Source: a bacterium (GTDB lineage: Bacteria > Patescibacteriota > Patescibacteriia > UBA1558 > S5-K13). Taken from it: a stretch of 25,490 nt of DNA. The notes beneath the pieces are model-generated. The model had not been told where the DNA came from, searched no databases, and saw only the letters and a program-made list of their open reading frames with translations. The stretch is from NCBI GenBank assembly GCA_029555085.1, contig JAKPTO010000007.1:1-25490 (forward strand), read 5' to 3'. How positions within the stretch are numbered: position 1 is the first letter of the stretch; each line of letters opens with the position of its first letter. A program made the translations under genes and the position numbers. This document shows, one piece after another, positions 8,317 to 18,010 of this stretch.

Positions 8317-9336
8317 ATGAAAATTCTTGGCATAGAATCCTCTTGTGATGAAAGCGCGGTATCTCTTGTTAAAATTGATAAAAACAGCGTAAAACTAATA
8401 AAAAACCTCATTTCATCTCAAGTAGAAATTCACAAACAATTTGGTGGAATTGTTCCTGAAGTCGCAGCTAGACATCATGTTGAGAATTTTTTTCCACTAT
8501 TAAAAGAATTAAATATTGATATTGCGCGAGATGTTGATTTAATAGCAGTAACTTATGGTCCGGGACTTATCACATCGCTTGTTATAGGGCTAGAATTTGG
8601 AAAAACACTTTCATTTATTTACAAAAAACCACTTGTAGCAATCAATCATATTGAGGCACATATTTATAGTAATTGGCTAACGCACAAAGAATTATTTAAC
8701 AATAAAAAAATATTTCCCGCTCTTGCTGTTGTAATATCTGGTGGTCATACGCAATTGTTTATCATGAAAAATTATGGAAAATACAAACTAATCGGAGAAA
8801 CGCGAGACGACGCAGTTGGTGAAGCATATGATAAAGTTGCAAAAATTCTCGGTCTTGAATATCCAGGTGGCCCAATTATAAATCAATTATCATGTGAATT
8901 TACAAAAACTCCAACAATAAAATTTCCTCTACCCATGATAAATACAAATGATTTTGATTTTTCATTCTCTGGATTAAAAACTTCTGTTTTATATAAATTT
9001 CAAAAAGAAACTAGACAAATTACAGATGAAATAATTAGAGAATATTGTAATGCTTTTGAAAATTCAGTTTGCGAAGTTTTATCAAAAAAAATAATCAAAG
9101 CATGTCAAAAATATAATGTAAAAAATATAATTCTTGGTGGCGGAGTAAGCGCAAATAGTTCTATAAGGGATAGAATTTCAGATGAAGCAAAAAAAATCGG
9201 AGCAAAAACTTACTTTCCTGAAAAAAAACACACGGGAGATAATGCTGCAATGATTGCAATTGCTGGCTATTTTAATCGTGACAAGAAAAAGAAAAATAAT
9301 TTTACAATAACAGCTGATCCAAATTTAAAACTATAA
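8317..9336 (+). CDS. tsaD: tRNA N6-adenosine threonylcarbamoyltransferase
   Basis: ILGIESSCDE, GGIVPEVAARHH, GPGL, NHIEAH, SGGHT, DDAVGEAYDK, FSFSGLKT and DNAAMIA motifs. Confidence 0.97.
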   Translation: MKILGIESSCDESAVSLVKIDKNSVKLIKNLISSQVEIHKQFGGIVPEVAARHHVENFFPLLKELNIDIARDVDLIAVTYGPGLITSLVIGLEFGKTLSFIYKKPLVAINHIEAHIYSNWLTHKELFNNKKIFPALAVVISGGHTQLFIMKNYGKYKLIGETRDDAVGEAYDKVAKILGLEYPGGPIINQLSCEFTKTPTIKFPLPMINTNDFDFSFSGLKTSVLYKFQKETRQITDEIIREYCNAFENSVCEVLSKKIIKACQKYNVKNIILGGGVSANSSIRDRISDEAKKIGAKTYFPEKKHTGDNAAMIAIAGYFNRDKKKKNNFTITADPNLKL

Positions 9337-9559
9337 AGTTAACTTCTGAGTTGAAATTGCTCAAAACTCCCATTTTTGCTATGCTTTATTTTGTAAAACC
9401 AGATACTTGATTCAATATGAAATCAATAACAATTATAAAAATAAATAAATTTAAATTATCCTTTGCGTGGTATGATTTATGGATTGGCGCATATATTGAT
9501 AAAGATAATAAAAATCTATATATTTGCATTATTCCAACAATTTTAATAACAATAAATTT

Positions 9560-10861
9560 ATGAAAAATAACGCCATTAAAAAACTATTACTTGTTGATAT
9601 AGATGATACGCTTTGTAATTCAAGTATGGCTTATAAAAAAGCTCAAAAAGCTTGTTTTTTATATTTGAAAAAACAAAAATTTAATTTAACAGAAAAAAAA
9701 TTTAATGACCTGTATAGTAAATCAAGAAATTATATACATAAACTTTTAAAAAATACAGCATCATCTCATAATAGATTTTTATATTTTCAAAACTTATTTG
9801 AAAGATTAAATTTACCCATACATCCAAAATTACTAAATGGTATTACAAATTTGTATTGGAATACTGTGTATAAAAATATTAAATTACTACCAACCGTTCT
9901 AGAATCTTTAAAAATAATAAAACAAAATAAAATAAAAATAGGAATAGTCTCCGATTTATTATCTCAAATTCAAATTACAAAATTACAACACCTAGATATA
10001 GCTCAATATTTTGATTTTATTGTAAGTTCAGAGGAAGCTGGTAGAGATAAACCATTTCCTTATATTTTTAAATTAGCAATTAAAAAATCTCAATTTACAA
10101 ACAACTTTCAAGTATATGTAATAGGAGATAATTGCTCTAGGGATATTCTTGGCGCTGAAAAAATGAAATTTATTTCTATTTATATAGGTAAAGGAAAATG
10201 TAAAATAGCGGATCATTCGATTAAAACTTTTAAAGAAGTATTATCAATACTTGATATACAACAAAAAATAGATGGATATATAAAATTTAATTATGGATGG
10301 GAAAACTCTTCTCCAATACCACTTAAATACATTAAAGCGCTTAATAAATACAGAAACATTTTACATAAAAATAAATTTATAGGCATAGATAAAGAGGGAA
10401 TTGGTTTTGGTAATATTAGCCAAAGACATAAAAACAAACAATTTATTATAACTGGAAATAGTACTGGAGGAATTAAAAATCTAAAAAATAAGGACTATTC
10501 ACTTGTATCTAGTTGGGATTTTCAAAAAAATTATATAAGTTGCCATGGATCAAAAGTAGCCTCATCCGAATCTCTTAGTCACGCTATAATATACGATACA
10601 TTAAAAAATATAAACTCCGTAATTCATATACATGACAGGGTGTTGTGGGAAAAACTAAAACATAAATATCCAACAACTCCTAAATCAGCCAAATACGGAA
10701 CAGTAGAAATGACAAAAGAAATAAAAAAAATATTAAAAAACAAGAATAATGTTCAAAAAAGAATTATAATAATGGGTGGACATAAAGATGGAATTATTTT
10801 CTTTGGAGAAAATTTACAAGATGTATATAAAACACTAAAACAATACCAAAATCTAAAATGA
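9560..10861 (+). CDS. HAD-family hydrolase fused to a class II aldolase/adducin-like domain
   Basis: HAD motifs DIDDTL, IVSD, KP and IGD..RD. C-terminal FGNIS.R..FIITG, ASSESLSH and VIHIH. ATG at 9560 is preferred over the TTG at 9524. Stop overlaps the tsaE start. Confidence 0.8.
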   Translation: MKNNAIKKLLLVDIDDTLCNSSMAYKKAQKACFLYLKKQKFNLTEKKFNDLYSKSRNYIHKLLKNTASSHNRFLYFQNLFERLNLPIHPKLLNGITNLYWNTVYKNIKLLPTVLESLKIIKQNKIKIGIVSDLLSQIQITKLQHLDIAQYFDFIVSSEEAGRDKPFPYIFKLAIKKSQFTNNFQVYVIGDNCSRDILGAEKMKFISIYIGKGKCKIADHSIKTFKEVLSILDIQQKIDGYIKFNYGWENSSPIPLKYIKALNKYRNILHKNKFIGIDKEGIGFGNISQRHKNKQFIITGNSTGGIKNLKNKDYSLVSSWDFQKNYISCHGSKVASSESLSHAIIYDTLKNINSVIHIHDRVLWEKLKHKYPTTPKSAKYGTVEMTKEIKKILKNKNNVQKRIIIMGGHKDGIIFFGENLQDVYKTLKQYQNLK

Positions 10862-11283
10862 CTAAATATATTACAAAATCATTAGACGAAACATTGAAAC
10901 TTGGTGAAAAATTGGCTCAAAATTTTAAATTTAATATAATTGGATTAAATGGAGATTTGGGAAGTGGAAAAACAGCTATTACAAAAGGAATTGGAAATTA
11001 TTTTGGAATTAAAAACATTACAAGCCCAACTTTTGTTGTAATGAAAATTTACGAAACCTCAAAAAATATCAGTAAAATTAAAAAAATGATTCATATTGAT
11101 TGCTACAGATTAGAAACCTATGATGCATTATTAGATATTGGGCTCATGGACTACATAAACGATGACAAAAATTTAATTATCATAGAATGGGCTGATAAAA
11201 TATCTAGCTATTTACCAAAACAGACAATTTATGTAAACTTTAAGTTAGGTGAAAATGAAAATGAAAGAATAATTGAAATATAA
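10858..11283 (+). CDS. tsaE: tRNA threonylcarbamoyladenosine biosynthesis ATPase
   Basis: GDLGSGKT, TSPTF, HIDCYRL and IIEWA motifs; 141 aa. Confidence 0.96.
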   Translation: MTKYITKSLDETLKLGEKLAQNFKFNIIGLNGDLGSGKTAITKGIGNYFGIKNITSPTFVVMKIYETSKNISKIKKMIHIDCYRLETYDALLDIGLMDYINDDKNLIIIEWADKISSYLPKQTIYVNFKLGENENERIIEI

Positions 11284-11296
11284 AATTTTCCCTATA

Positions 11297-11327
11297 TTGT
11301 CGTTTTGAACCTGATTCAAAATGACAA
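11297..11327. repeat. REP-like palindrome
   Basis: ttgtcgttttgaa-cctga-ttcaaaatgacaa, a 13-bp stem; resembles the arm at 5349-5373. Confidence 0.55.
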
Positions 11328-11349
11328 ATATTATATAAAGAATAAAACA

Positions 11350-13917
11350 ATGAAAATAGAACTCGAAAAGGCCTACGAAGCCAAACAATTTGAAGATAAA
11401 ATTTACAAAACTTGGGAAGAGTCGGGATTTTTCAATCCAGATAATTTAAAACATGCTAAAAAACCTTATTGTATATTAATGCCACCGCCAAATGTAACTG
11501 GAATTTTACATCTTGGTCACGCACTTGAAAATTCAATATTAGATATTGAAATAAGATTTAGAAGAATGTGCGGATATAAAGCATTGCTCTTACCAGGTGC
11601 TGATCATGCAGCAGTTGCGACTCAGGCAAGAGTAGAAAAAGAATTACAAAAAGCTGGTATAAAAAATCCTCGAGAAGAATTAGGTAGAGAAAAATTACTT
11701 AAAAAAATTAGAGAATATTCTGAAAACTCTAAGTCAACGATTTTAAATCAAATCAAAAAAATGGGAACAAGCTGTGATTGGTCCAGATTTGCTTATACAT
11801 TTGACGAAACTAGATCTAATGCTGTGAATACACTTTTCCAAAAAATGTATAACGACGGATTAATTTATAGGGGCTACAGAGCTGTTAATTGGTCAGTGTG
11901 TGGACAATCAACCGCCTCTGATGACGAATTAGTTTATGAAGACGAACCCGTTACAATTTATACTTTTAAATACTCCCATGATTTTCCAATTCCAATTGCA
12001 ACAACTCGCCCAGAGACAAAACTTGGTGACTGTGCAGTAGCGGTAAATCCAAAAGATGATAGATACAGTAAATATATTGGTCAAAAATTTACAGTTGATA
12101 TTGGAGCGCTAAATCCGCTAACCATAACAATAATTGCAGATGAAAATGCTGATATGAATTACGGAACTGGAGCAGTTGGGGTTACTCCCGCGCATAGCAT
12201 GATTGATTTTGAAATGTATCAAAAAAATAAAGAAATTGGAATTATCCCTGTAATTGGTCATGACGGAAAAATGACAAAAAACGCAGGCGAAAATTATCAA
12301 GGATTAACCGTATTAGAAGCAAGGAAAAAATTTGTAAATTGGTTAAAAGAGAATAATTTAATTATAAAACAAGAAGAATCCATTCATAGCGTAGGCAAAT
12401 CTGACAGATTTGGAGATGTGATTGAAGTACTACCTATGAGACAATGGTTTATTGATGTAAATAAAAAAATTCCAGGAAAAAACAAATCTCTCAAACAACT
12501 AATGAAAGATGTTTTTACAATAGGTCATAATGGAAATAAAAAGAAAATTATAAAAATCACTCCTGCTAGGTTCTTAAATTCGTATATGCAATGGATTGAC
12601 AATCTACGCGATTGGTGTATATCAAGACAAATTTGGTGGGGCCATAGAATTCCTGTTTGGTATAAAGACAAAGAAATAAAAGTTTCTCTTGAACCATTAG
12701 GAGATGGTTGGTCGCAAGATTCTGATACTTTAGATACTTGGTTCTCATCTGGCGCGTGGACTTTTTCAACTTTAGGATGGCCAAAAAAGACAAAAGATTT
12801 TAAAATGTTTCACCCAACACAATGGATGCAAATGGGATATGAGATATTATTTTTCTGGATGGCAAGAATGATACTTATGACTACTTATGCAATAGATGAT
12901 ATTCCATTTGAAGAGGTTTATATTCATGGAATACTACGATCAAAAGAAGGAAAGAAATTTTCAAAATCCCTTGGGAGTGGATTGGACCCAATTGAGATAA
13001 TTAAAAATTATGGAACAGATGCGCTACGACTTAGTTTAATAAAAGGAATTGCGCCTGGAAATGATGCGAAATTTTATGAAGAAAAAGTTGTTGGCGCAAG
13101 AAATTTTATAAATAAATTATGGAACATATCAAGATATATTTTAATGTCAGTTAATGACATCAAGTTAATAGAAAAAGAACCAAAAGCGCAAACACTTGCC
13201 GACCAATGGATTTTACAAAAATTAAATAGTGTAATTGAATCAGTTACAGAAAATCTAAATAATCATAATTTTTCACTTGCAAGCGAAATTTTATATGATT
13301 TCACATGGACTGATTTCGCTGATTGGTATATAGAAATTTCTAAAATTGAGAAAGGTAAAGAACAAATACTGCTTTATACCCTACAAACACTTCTAAAATT
13401 GTGGCATCCGTTTATTCCTTTTATAACTGAAACTATTTGGAAAAATATTGATTCTAAATTATTAATGATTTCTTCTTGGCCAAAAACAGATCATAAATCA
13501 GAGGAAAAAATAAATAATAATTTCGAAAAATTACAAGAAATTATTATTGCAATAAGAAATCTAAAAAATGAAAACAAAATTGATTTAAAAACAGTCGTAC
13601 ACTGTCATTTGGAGTCAAAAAAATACTTCGAATTAATTATGGATCAAAAAAATATTATAGAATCTCTTGCGAGAGTTAAACTAACAAGTGATAAATATAA
13701 AGATGTGGTTCACATATTAGATATTGATATTTATATTGAAATAAAAATTAATGAGCAAGACAAAATAAAAAAAATTAAAGAAATAGTTGCATATATAAAC
13801 AAATTGGAAGAAAAAATTAATAACAAAGACTTCATACAAAAAGCGCCTACAAATATTATTGAAAACGAAAAGAAAAAATTGAAATCCGCATATGATTTAT
13901 TAGAAAAATTAAAATAA
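11350..13917 (+). CDS. valS: Valine--tRNA ligase
   Basis: PPPNVTGILHLGHA, ATTRPET, DWCISRQIWWGHRIP, DTWFSS, KFSKS, GTDALR and a C-terminal coiled coil. ATG at 11350 is preferred over the TTG at 11305, which lies in the hairpin. Confidence 0.97.
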   Translation: MKIELEKAYEAKQFEDKIYKTWEESGFFNPDNLKHAKKPYCILMPPPNVTGILHLGHALENSILDIEIRFRRMCGYKALLLPGADHAAVATQARVEKELQKAGIKNPREELGREKLLKKIREYSENSKSTILNQIKKMGTSCDWSRFAYTFDETRSNAVNTLFQKMYNDGLIYRGYRAVNWSVCGQSTASDDELVYEDEPVTIYTFKYSHDFPIPIATTRPETKLGDCAVAVNPKDDRYSKYIGQKFTVDIGALNPLTITIIADENADMNYGTGAVGVTPAHSMIDFEMYQKNKEIGIIPVIGHDGKMTKNAGENYQGLTVLEARKKFVNWLKENNLIIKQEESIHSVGKSDRFGDVIEVLPMRQWFIDVNKKIPGKNKSLKQLMKDVFTIGHNGNKKKIIKITPARFLNSYMQWIDNLRDWCISRQIWWGHRIPVWYKDKEIKVSLEPLGDGWSQDSDTLDTWFSSGAWTFSTLGWPKKTKDFKMFHPTQWMQMGYEILFFWMARMILMTTYAIDDIPFEEVYIHGILRSKEGKKFSKSLGSGLDPIEIIKNYGTDALRLSLIKGIAPGNDAKFYEEKVVGARNFINKLWNISRYILMSVNDIKLIEKEPKAQTLADQWILQKLNSVIESVTENLNNHNFSLASEILYDFTWTDFADWYIEISKIEKGKEQILLYTLQTLLKLWHPFIPFITETIWKNIDSKLLMISSWPKTDHKSEEKINNNFEKLQEIIIAIRNLKNENKIDLKTVVHCHLESKKYFELIMDQKNIIESLARVKLTSDKYKDVVHILDIDIYIEIKINEQDKIKKIKEIVAYINKLEEKINNKDFIQKAPTNIIENEKKKLKSAYDLLEKLK

Positions 13918-13943
13918 AAATTTCGGAGAAATCCGAAATTTTT
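13916..13943 (+). terminator. Rho-independent terminator of valS
   Basis: aaaaatttcgga-gaaa-tccgaaattttt. Confidence 0.8.
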
Positions 13944-13946
13944 AAA

Positions 13947-13975
13947 TTGACAAAAAATAAATATTTTAATAACAT
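13947..13975 (+). promoter_or_regulatory. Sigma70-type promoter
   Basis: TTGACA-N17-TAACAT. GGAGG SD at 13999-14003 precedes the ATG at 14009. Confidence 0.7.
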
Positions 13976-14008
13976 AAGATAACGAAAAAACAATCATGGG
14001 AGGAAATC

Positions 14009-14782
14009 ATGAAAAATATCAATCCTAGTGACAATCCTAGTTACATAGGAATCACAGGCTTTACTCATCAAGAGCAAGTTAGTCGCTTGATTATGGAAAC
14101 AATACCAGGACACACGCACAAACTAATGGTGGGTGTTTTGGCGAATGATGTCACAATGCGCGAAACAAAAGTTTGGGGCAGATATGTAAATAAAAACTTA
14201 ATACCGGAACTTTTTCTAAAAGATAATAGGGTGTTAAATATGATACACTTTAATACCCGTGAAAAAGAAAAGTTATTAGATCGCTTAGTAGAATTAGTTT
14301 CAATTGCAGGAGAAAATCTTCATGGTTTTCAACTCAATATGAGATGGCCAGATCCAAATGTATTGTATGAATTCAAAAAACAATTTCCTGAAAAGAAAAT
14401 TGTAATACAAATGGAAAAGGGCGATTTCGATGATTATAGACCCAAAGAAATGGCAGAAAAACTTCTTGAATATGAAAATATTGGAAATTATGTGATTTTA
14501 GATATGAGTGGAGGCGCTGGAATTGAGATGAATCCTCAAAAACTCATAAAATATGCGCTGGCAATATCAGAAAAAACAAATTTTCAACTCGTATTCGCTG
14601 GCGGACTTCATTCAAAAAATCTTCACATAATCAAACCAATCCTGAAAATTTTTCCAAATGCGTGTATAGATGCAGAAGGTCAACTTATGAATAAATGGGG
14701 TTCTCTTGATCCAGAAAAAACCATTCCTTATTTGTGTAGAGCTATATCAATAACATCAACATCAAAAAGAATTAATAATTGA
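14009..14782 (+). CDS. TrpF (phosphoribosylanthranilate isomerase)-like TIM-barrel protein of unknown function
   Basis: YIGITGF, FQLN, ILDMSGGAG, FAGGL and IDAEG follow the PRAI-like phosphate-binding barrel pattern. No other trp genes are nearby. Confidence 0.6.
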   Translation: MKNINPSDNPSYIGITGFTHQEQVSRLIMETIPGHTHKLMVGVLANDVTMRETKVWGRYVNKNLIPELFLKDNRVLNMIHFNTREKEKLLDRLVELVSIAGENLHGFQLNMRWPDPNVLYEFKKQFPEKKIVIQMEKGDFDDYRPKEMAEKLLEYENIGNYVILDMSGGAGIEMNPQKLIKYALAISEKTNFQLVFAGGLHSKNLHIIKPILKIFPNACIDAEGQLMNKWGSLDPEKTIPYLCRAISITSTSKRINN

Positions 14783-14807
14783 ACCGTGGAAACACCACGG
14801 TTTTTTT
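14782..14807 (+). terminator. Rho-independent terminator
   Basis: aaccgtgg-aaaca-ccacggtt followed by a T-run. Confidence 0.8.
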
Positions 14808-14851
14808 AAAAATAAAAAGCCACCATCCTCTCGATAAAAAGATCTGGTGGC
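14808..14851 (-). terminator. Probable terminator of the minus-strand transcript
   Basis: gccacca...tggtggc stem (14819-14851) followed by T-rich sequence on the minus strand. Confidence 0.55.
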
Positions 14852-15039
14852 AAAAGATTAACAGTTTCTTTGAGCTCTGTAACCATTCAAAATGGCTTTA
14901 AAGATCCACTTCGCAATGGCCACGTGACGCAAACCACTCCATGAACCAGACATACTTTTATACCCAGTCATACTAGATATAAAAATTGGCTTCTTCGTGT
15001 ATTCCTCCACTGTCACTTGCAATCCTTCTTAATGTTGCT

Positions 15040-15933
15040 TCACTGACTTTTACCTCTACTTGGCTTCTTTTTTTTAATTGTCTTTATGGAAACCTTATAC
15101 TCCATAAAGTGAGCGAATCGTATTATGTCTGGGTCTATGTCGGATCTAAAATTCCGATAATCAAAATTTCCCCAAATATTAAGTCCCGTTTGGTAGTCCC
15201 TTAGATCTATGGACTTATTCAAAAAAATCAGGGCCATCGCGATAATTGTTTTTCGCACATCAACATTGGAGCGTACGCCAGCAAATGCGCGAACATCCAA
15301 TAAAGCATTAAGTTTGTCTCGTTCCCCAACCCTACTCACCACTAAATCAATACATGATTCGTGATTTATATTTATACCCACGCTTTTATCGTCTAGCGTG
15401 GAAGCATCTTTTTTGTGCTTTATTACATTAAGAATGGGTTTGTTACAATCGTTAAACCCATCTGCCCATTCTACAAACCAATCAGCTGTTGATAAAATCT
15501 TTGCTCTCTGCATTTTATCAACATATGGATTCAAATATGCATAACGAGCACCCTTTAAAAAACTAAAAACCAGTATGGCCAATACACTCAATCTGATCCA
15601 CGGCAAAGCGCTCGGATTGAATAATATCAACTTAATTGCTAAAAAAACAACAATTAAAAACAAAATGTTTTTTACCAAATCGATGATTTTGAACTTGGTA
15701 TTTTTATGAATAAATCCAGAGATAGTTTTTGGATTTATGCCCGAATCAAAAAATCCTCCTTCCTCCATCGTGGCAATGTAGTCATCGAAGTTGGATTTTG
15801 AATTAATAATGGAATAAATCCTTGCCTTATGACTATGGGCAGACAACAAGATACACGAAACAAAACTCGCAATCAAGATAATTGGCATGGAAATTATCCG
15901 TACCAATATTTCCACTAATTTGTGTTTTTTCAT
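15040..15933 (-). CDS. Hypothetical membrane protein (about 3 TM helices plus a soluble C-terminal region)
   Basis: Long ORF with hydrophobic segments. AGGAGG SD precedes the ATG at 15933. Promoter TTGACA-N17-TAATTT at about 15967-15995. Confidence 0.7.
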   Translation of the reverse strand: MKKHKLVEILVRIISMPIILIASFVSCILLSAHSHKARIYSIINSKSNFDDYIATMEEGGFFDSGINPKTISGFIHKNTKFKIIDLVKNILFLIVVFLAIKLILFNPSALPWIRLSVLAILVFSFLKGARYAYLNPYVDKMQRAKILSTADWFVEWADGFNDCNKPILNVIKHKKDASTLDDKSVGININHESCIDLVVSRVGERDKLNALLDVRAFAGVRSNVDVRKTIIAMALIFLNKSIDLRDYQTGLNIWGNFDYRNFRSDIDPDIIRFAHFMEYKVSIKTIKKKKPSRGKSQ

Positions 15934-16085
15934 TTTATCCTCCTGGATATTTTTAATTTTCATATCAAATTAGCATACATTATAAACGCTGTCAATAATG
16001 CGTATATAAATCAACAATTCATAACTCCCTTGAATTGACATTTATCACGAAATAAGCTTTTTATATAAATAAATTTAAATTTTAT

Positions 16086-16116
16086 TAAAAAACTGCGGAA
16101 ATTTCCGCAGTTTTTA
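16086..16116 (-). terminator. Rho-independent terminator of purB
   Basis: taaaaaactgcggaa-at-ttccgcagttttta. Confidence 0.8.
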
Positions 16117-16125
16117 ATTACATTA

Positions 16126-17607
16126 TCATTCATTCAATTCCTCACTAACTATTTCAGCGCAAAAACCAATATAGTTCTCGGGTTTTAGAGCCAATATTCT
16201 ACTTTTTGACCCTTCTGGAACATCTAAATCAGCTACAAATTCTTCAAGAATGGGTCTAGATAATTTCTTGCCTCTAGACAACTCCTTGAGCTTATTATAT
16301 GCATCTGGAATTCCCAGAACACGCAATATAACCTGAATTGCCTCTGTTACAACTTCAAAATTATCTTCAAGATCTTTGCTAATCTTCTCTTGATTAATAT
16401 CTATTTTCCCAACAGCTTTTATACAACTTTCAATTGCTATAAGAGTGTAAGAGAAAATAATTCCTAAATTTCTTTGAAGTGTGGAATCGCTCAGATCTCT
16501 CTGTAGAGTAGAAACAAGAAGTTCTCTAGAAAGACACTCGCAAAGAGCTATTGCAATTTTTGAATTTCCGCGAGCATTTTCCCAATCAATTGGATTAACT
16601 TTGTGTGGCATTGTAGAAGAACCAACTTCAGTTAATTTTGGCTTCTGTTTAAAATAATTCATGGAAATGTACATCCACATATCAGATGACATATCAACTA
16701 TAGTTTCTGCAATTCTGACAATGATTTGAAGTAATTCCGCTATATCATGATGTGGATTAATTTGAGTAGATACAGAAATATAATCTAACTCTAGATAGTG
16801 CTCAATGAAGTATCTGCATTTTGCGGGCCAATCAACTTCTGGCATAGCAAAACGATGCGCCGCAAAAGTTCCAGTAGCTCCACTCCATTTTGCCTTTGCT
16901 TTCCATTCTTGAATTTTGAAAAGTTCGTCAGACAAACGATTGTAAAAAACCAATAATTCCTTACCTATAGTAGTGGGTGTTGCTGCTTGACCATGAGTAT
17001 GTCCAAGCATAACTACATTTTTCCAATCATGAATTCTATGGAATAACAATTCTAAAAATTCCAAAAACTTAAGATTAATAATCCTTTGCGTCTGCTTAAG
17101 CATTAAAGAATATGATGTATTATTAACATCTTCAGAAGTCAAAAACAAATGCACATATCCAGAAAACTTTTCCAAACCAATTTCTTTAAGTCGCTCTTTT
17201 ATATACTCAACAACAGCAACAACATCGTGATTTGTGGTTTTTTCAATGTTTTTAATAAGAATTGCTGATTCAAGGTCAAACTCTTCCGCAATGCTTAGAA
17301 TTGCTTTCATTTCCTCACTAGAACATTCGGAAATTTTTATATTCGATAAAAGAAATTCTAACCATTTGATTTCCACGATTACCCTGAATTTGAAAAGTCC
17401 AAACTCGGAAAAAATTTCCTTAAATTGTCTTGTTTTTTCACAATATCTGCCGTCAATTGGAGATATTGCCATAAGTGAATGGGATTCCTCTACAAAACTC
17501 ATGATTTTACTCTTTTCGGTGTTAAGAACTTCCTTGAATTTGTCTAAATATTCTTCATCAATACCGAGTGCCTCTAAAAATTCTCCAATTCTTTTCTCTG
17601 TAAGCAT
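16126..17607 (-). CDS. purB: Adenylosuccinate lyase with an N-terminal extension
   Basis: AISPIDGRY, TNHDV, TSEDVNN, HTHGQAATPTTIGKE, signature GSSTMPHKVNPIDWEN, QRDLSDST. The GGAGG SD favours the ATG at 17607. Confidence 0.95.
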   Translation of the reverse strand: MLTEKRIGEFLEALGIDEEYLDKFKEVLNTEKSKIMSFVEESHSLMAISPIDGRYCEKTRQFKEIFSEFGLFKFRVIVEIKWLEFLLSNIKISECSSEEMKAILSIAEEFDLESAILIKNIEKTTNHDVVAVVEYIKERLKEIGLEKFSGYVHLFLTSEDVNNTSYSLMLKQTQRIINLKFLEFLELLFHRIHDWKNVVMLGHTHGQAATPTTIGKELLVFYNRLSDELFKIQEWKAKAKWSGATGTFAAHRFAMPEVDWPAKCRYFIEHYLELDYISVSTQINPHHDIAELLQIIVRIAETIVDMSSDMWMYISMNYFKQKPKLTEVGSSTMPHKVNPIDWENARGNSKIAIALCECLSRELLVSTLQRDLSDSTLQRNLGIIFSYTLIAIESCIKAVGKIDINQEKISKDLEDNFEVVTEAIQVILRVLGIPDAYNKLKELSRGKKLSRPILEEFVADLDVPEGSKSRILALKPENYIGFCAEIVSEELNE

Positions 17608-17638
17608 GTTATCCTCCATGATATTTGTTTAATACAAA

Positions 17639-17704
17639 TACACTATCAAAACCATACTTATTGTCAATAATTGCTTTGACAAAACCTATAAAATAAGCTA
17701 AAAT
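17639..17704. promoter_or_regulatory. Back-to-back divergent promoters for purB and rpmF-nusB-rnc-smc
   Basis: Minus strand TTGACA-N16-TAGTGT; plus strand TTGACA(17676)-N17-TAAAAT. Confidence 0.65.
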
Positions 17705-17764
17705 TTTAACAAATGAGCAAATTGCAATTTTTTTTATTTTAAACATTAAAAGTAAATAAATAAT

Positions 17765-17980
17765 ATGCCAGTACCAGCAAAAAGAAGACCATCATCCGAA
17801 ATAAGGAGAAGAAGATCGCATCATGCACTTAAAAAAATTAATTTAGTATCTTGTCCAAAATGTAAAACAATGATAAAACCACATACAGTTTGTAAAAATT
17901 GTGGGTATTATAAAGGTGTAGAAATAATTAAGATCAAATCAGCATTAGACAAGAAAAAATCAAAAAAGAAAGAAGCATAA
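17765..17980 (+). CDS. rpmF: 50S ribosomal protein L32
   Basis: MPVPAKRRPSS..RRRRSH, CPKC..PHTVCKNCGYYKG zinc ribbon. Confidence 0.97.
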   Translation: MPVPAKRRPSSEIRRRRSHHALKKINLVSCPKCKTMIKPHTVCKNCGYYKGVEIIKIKSALDKKKSKKKEA

Positions 17981-18010
17981 CTCAAATTATGCTTTTTTTG
18001 TCTAAAAAAT

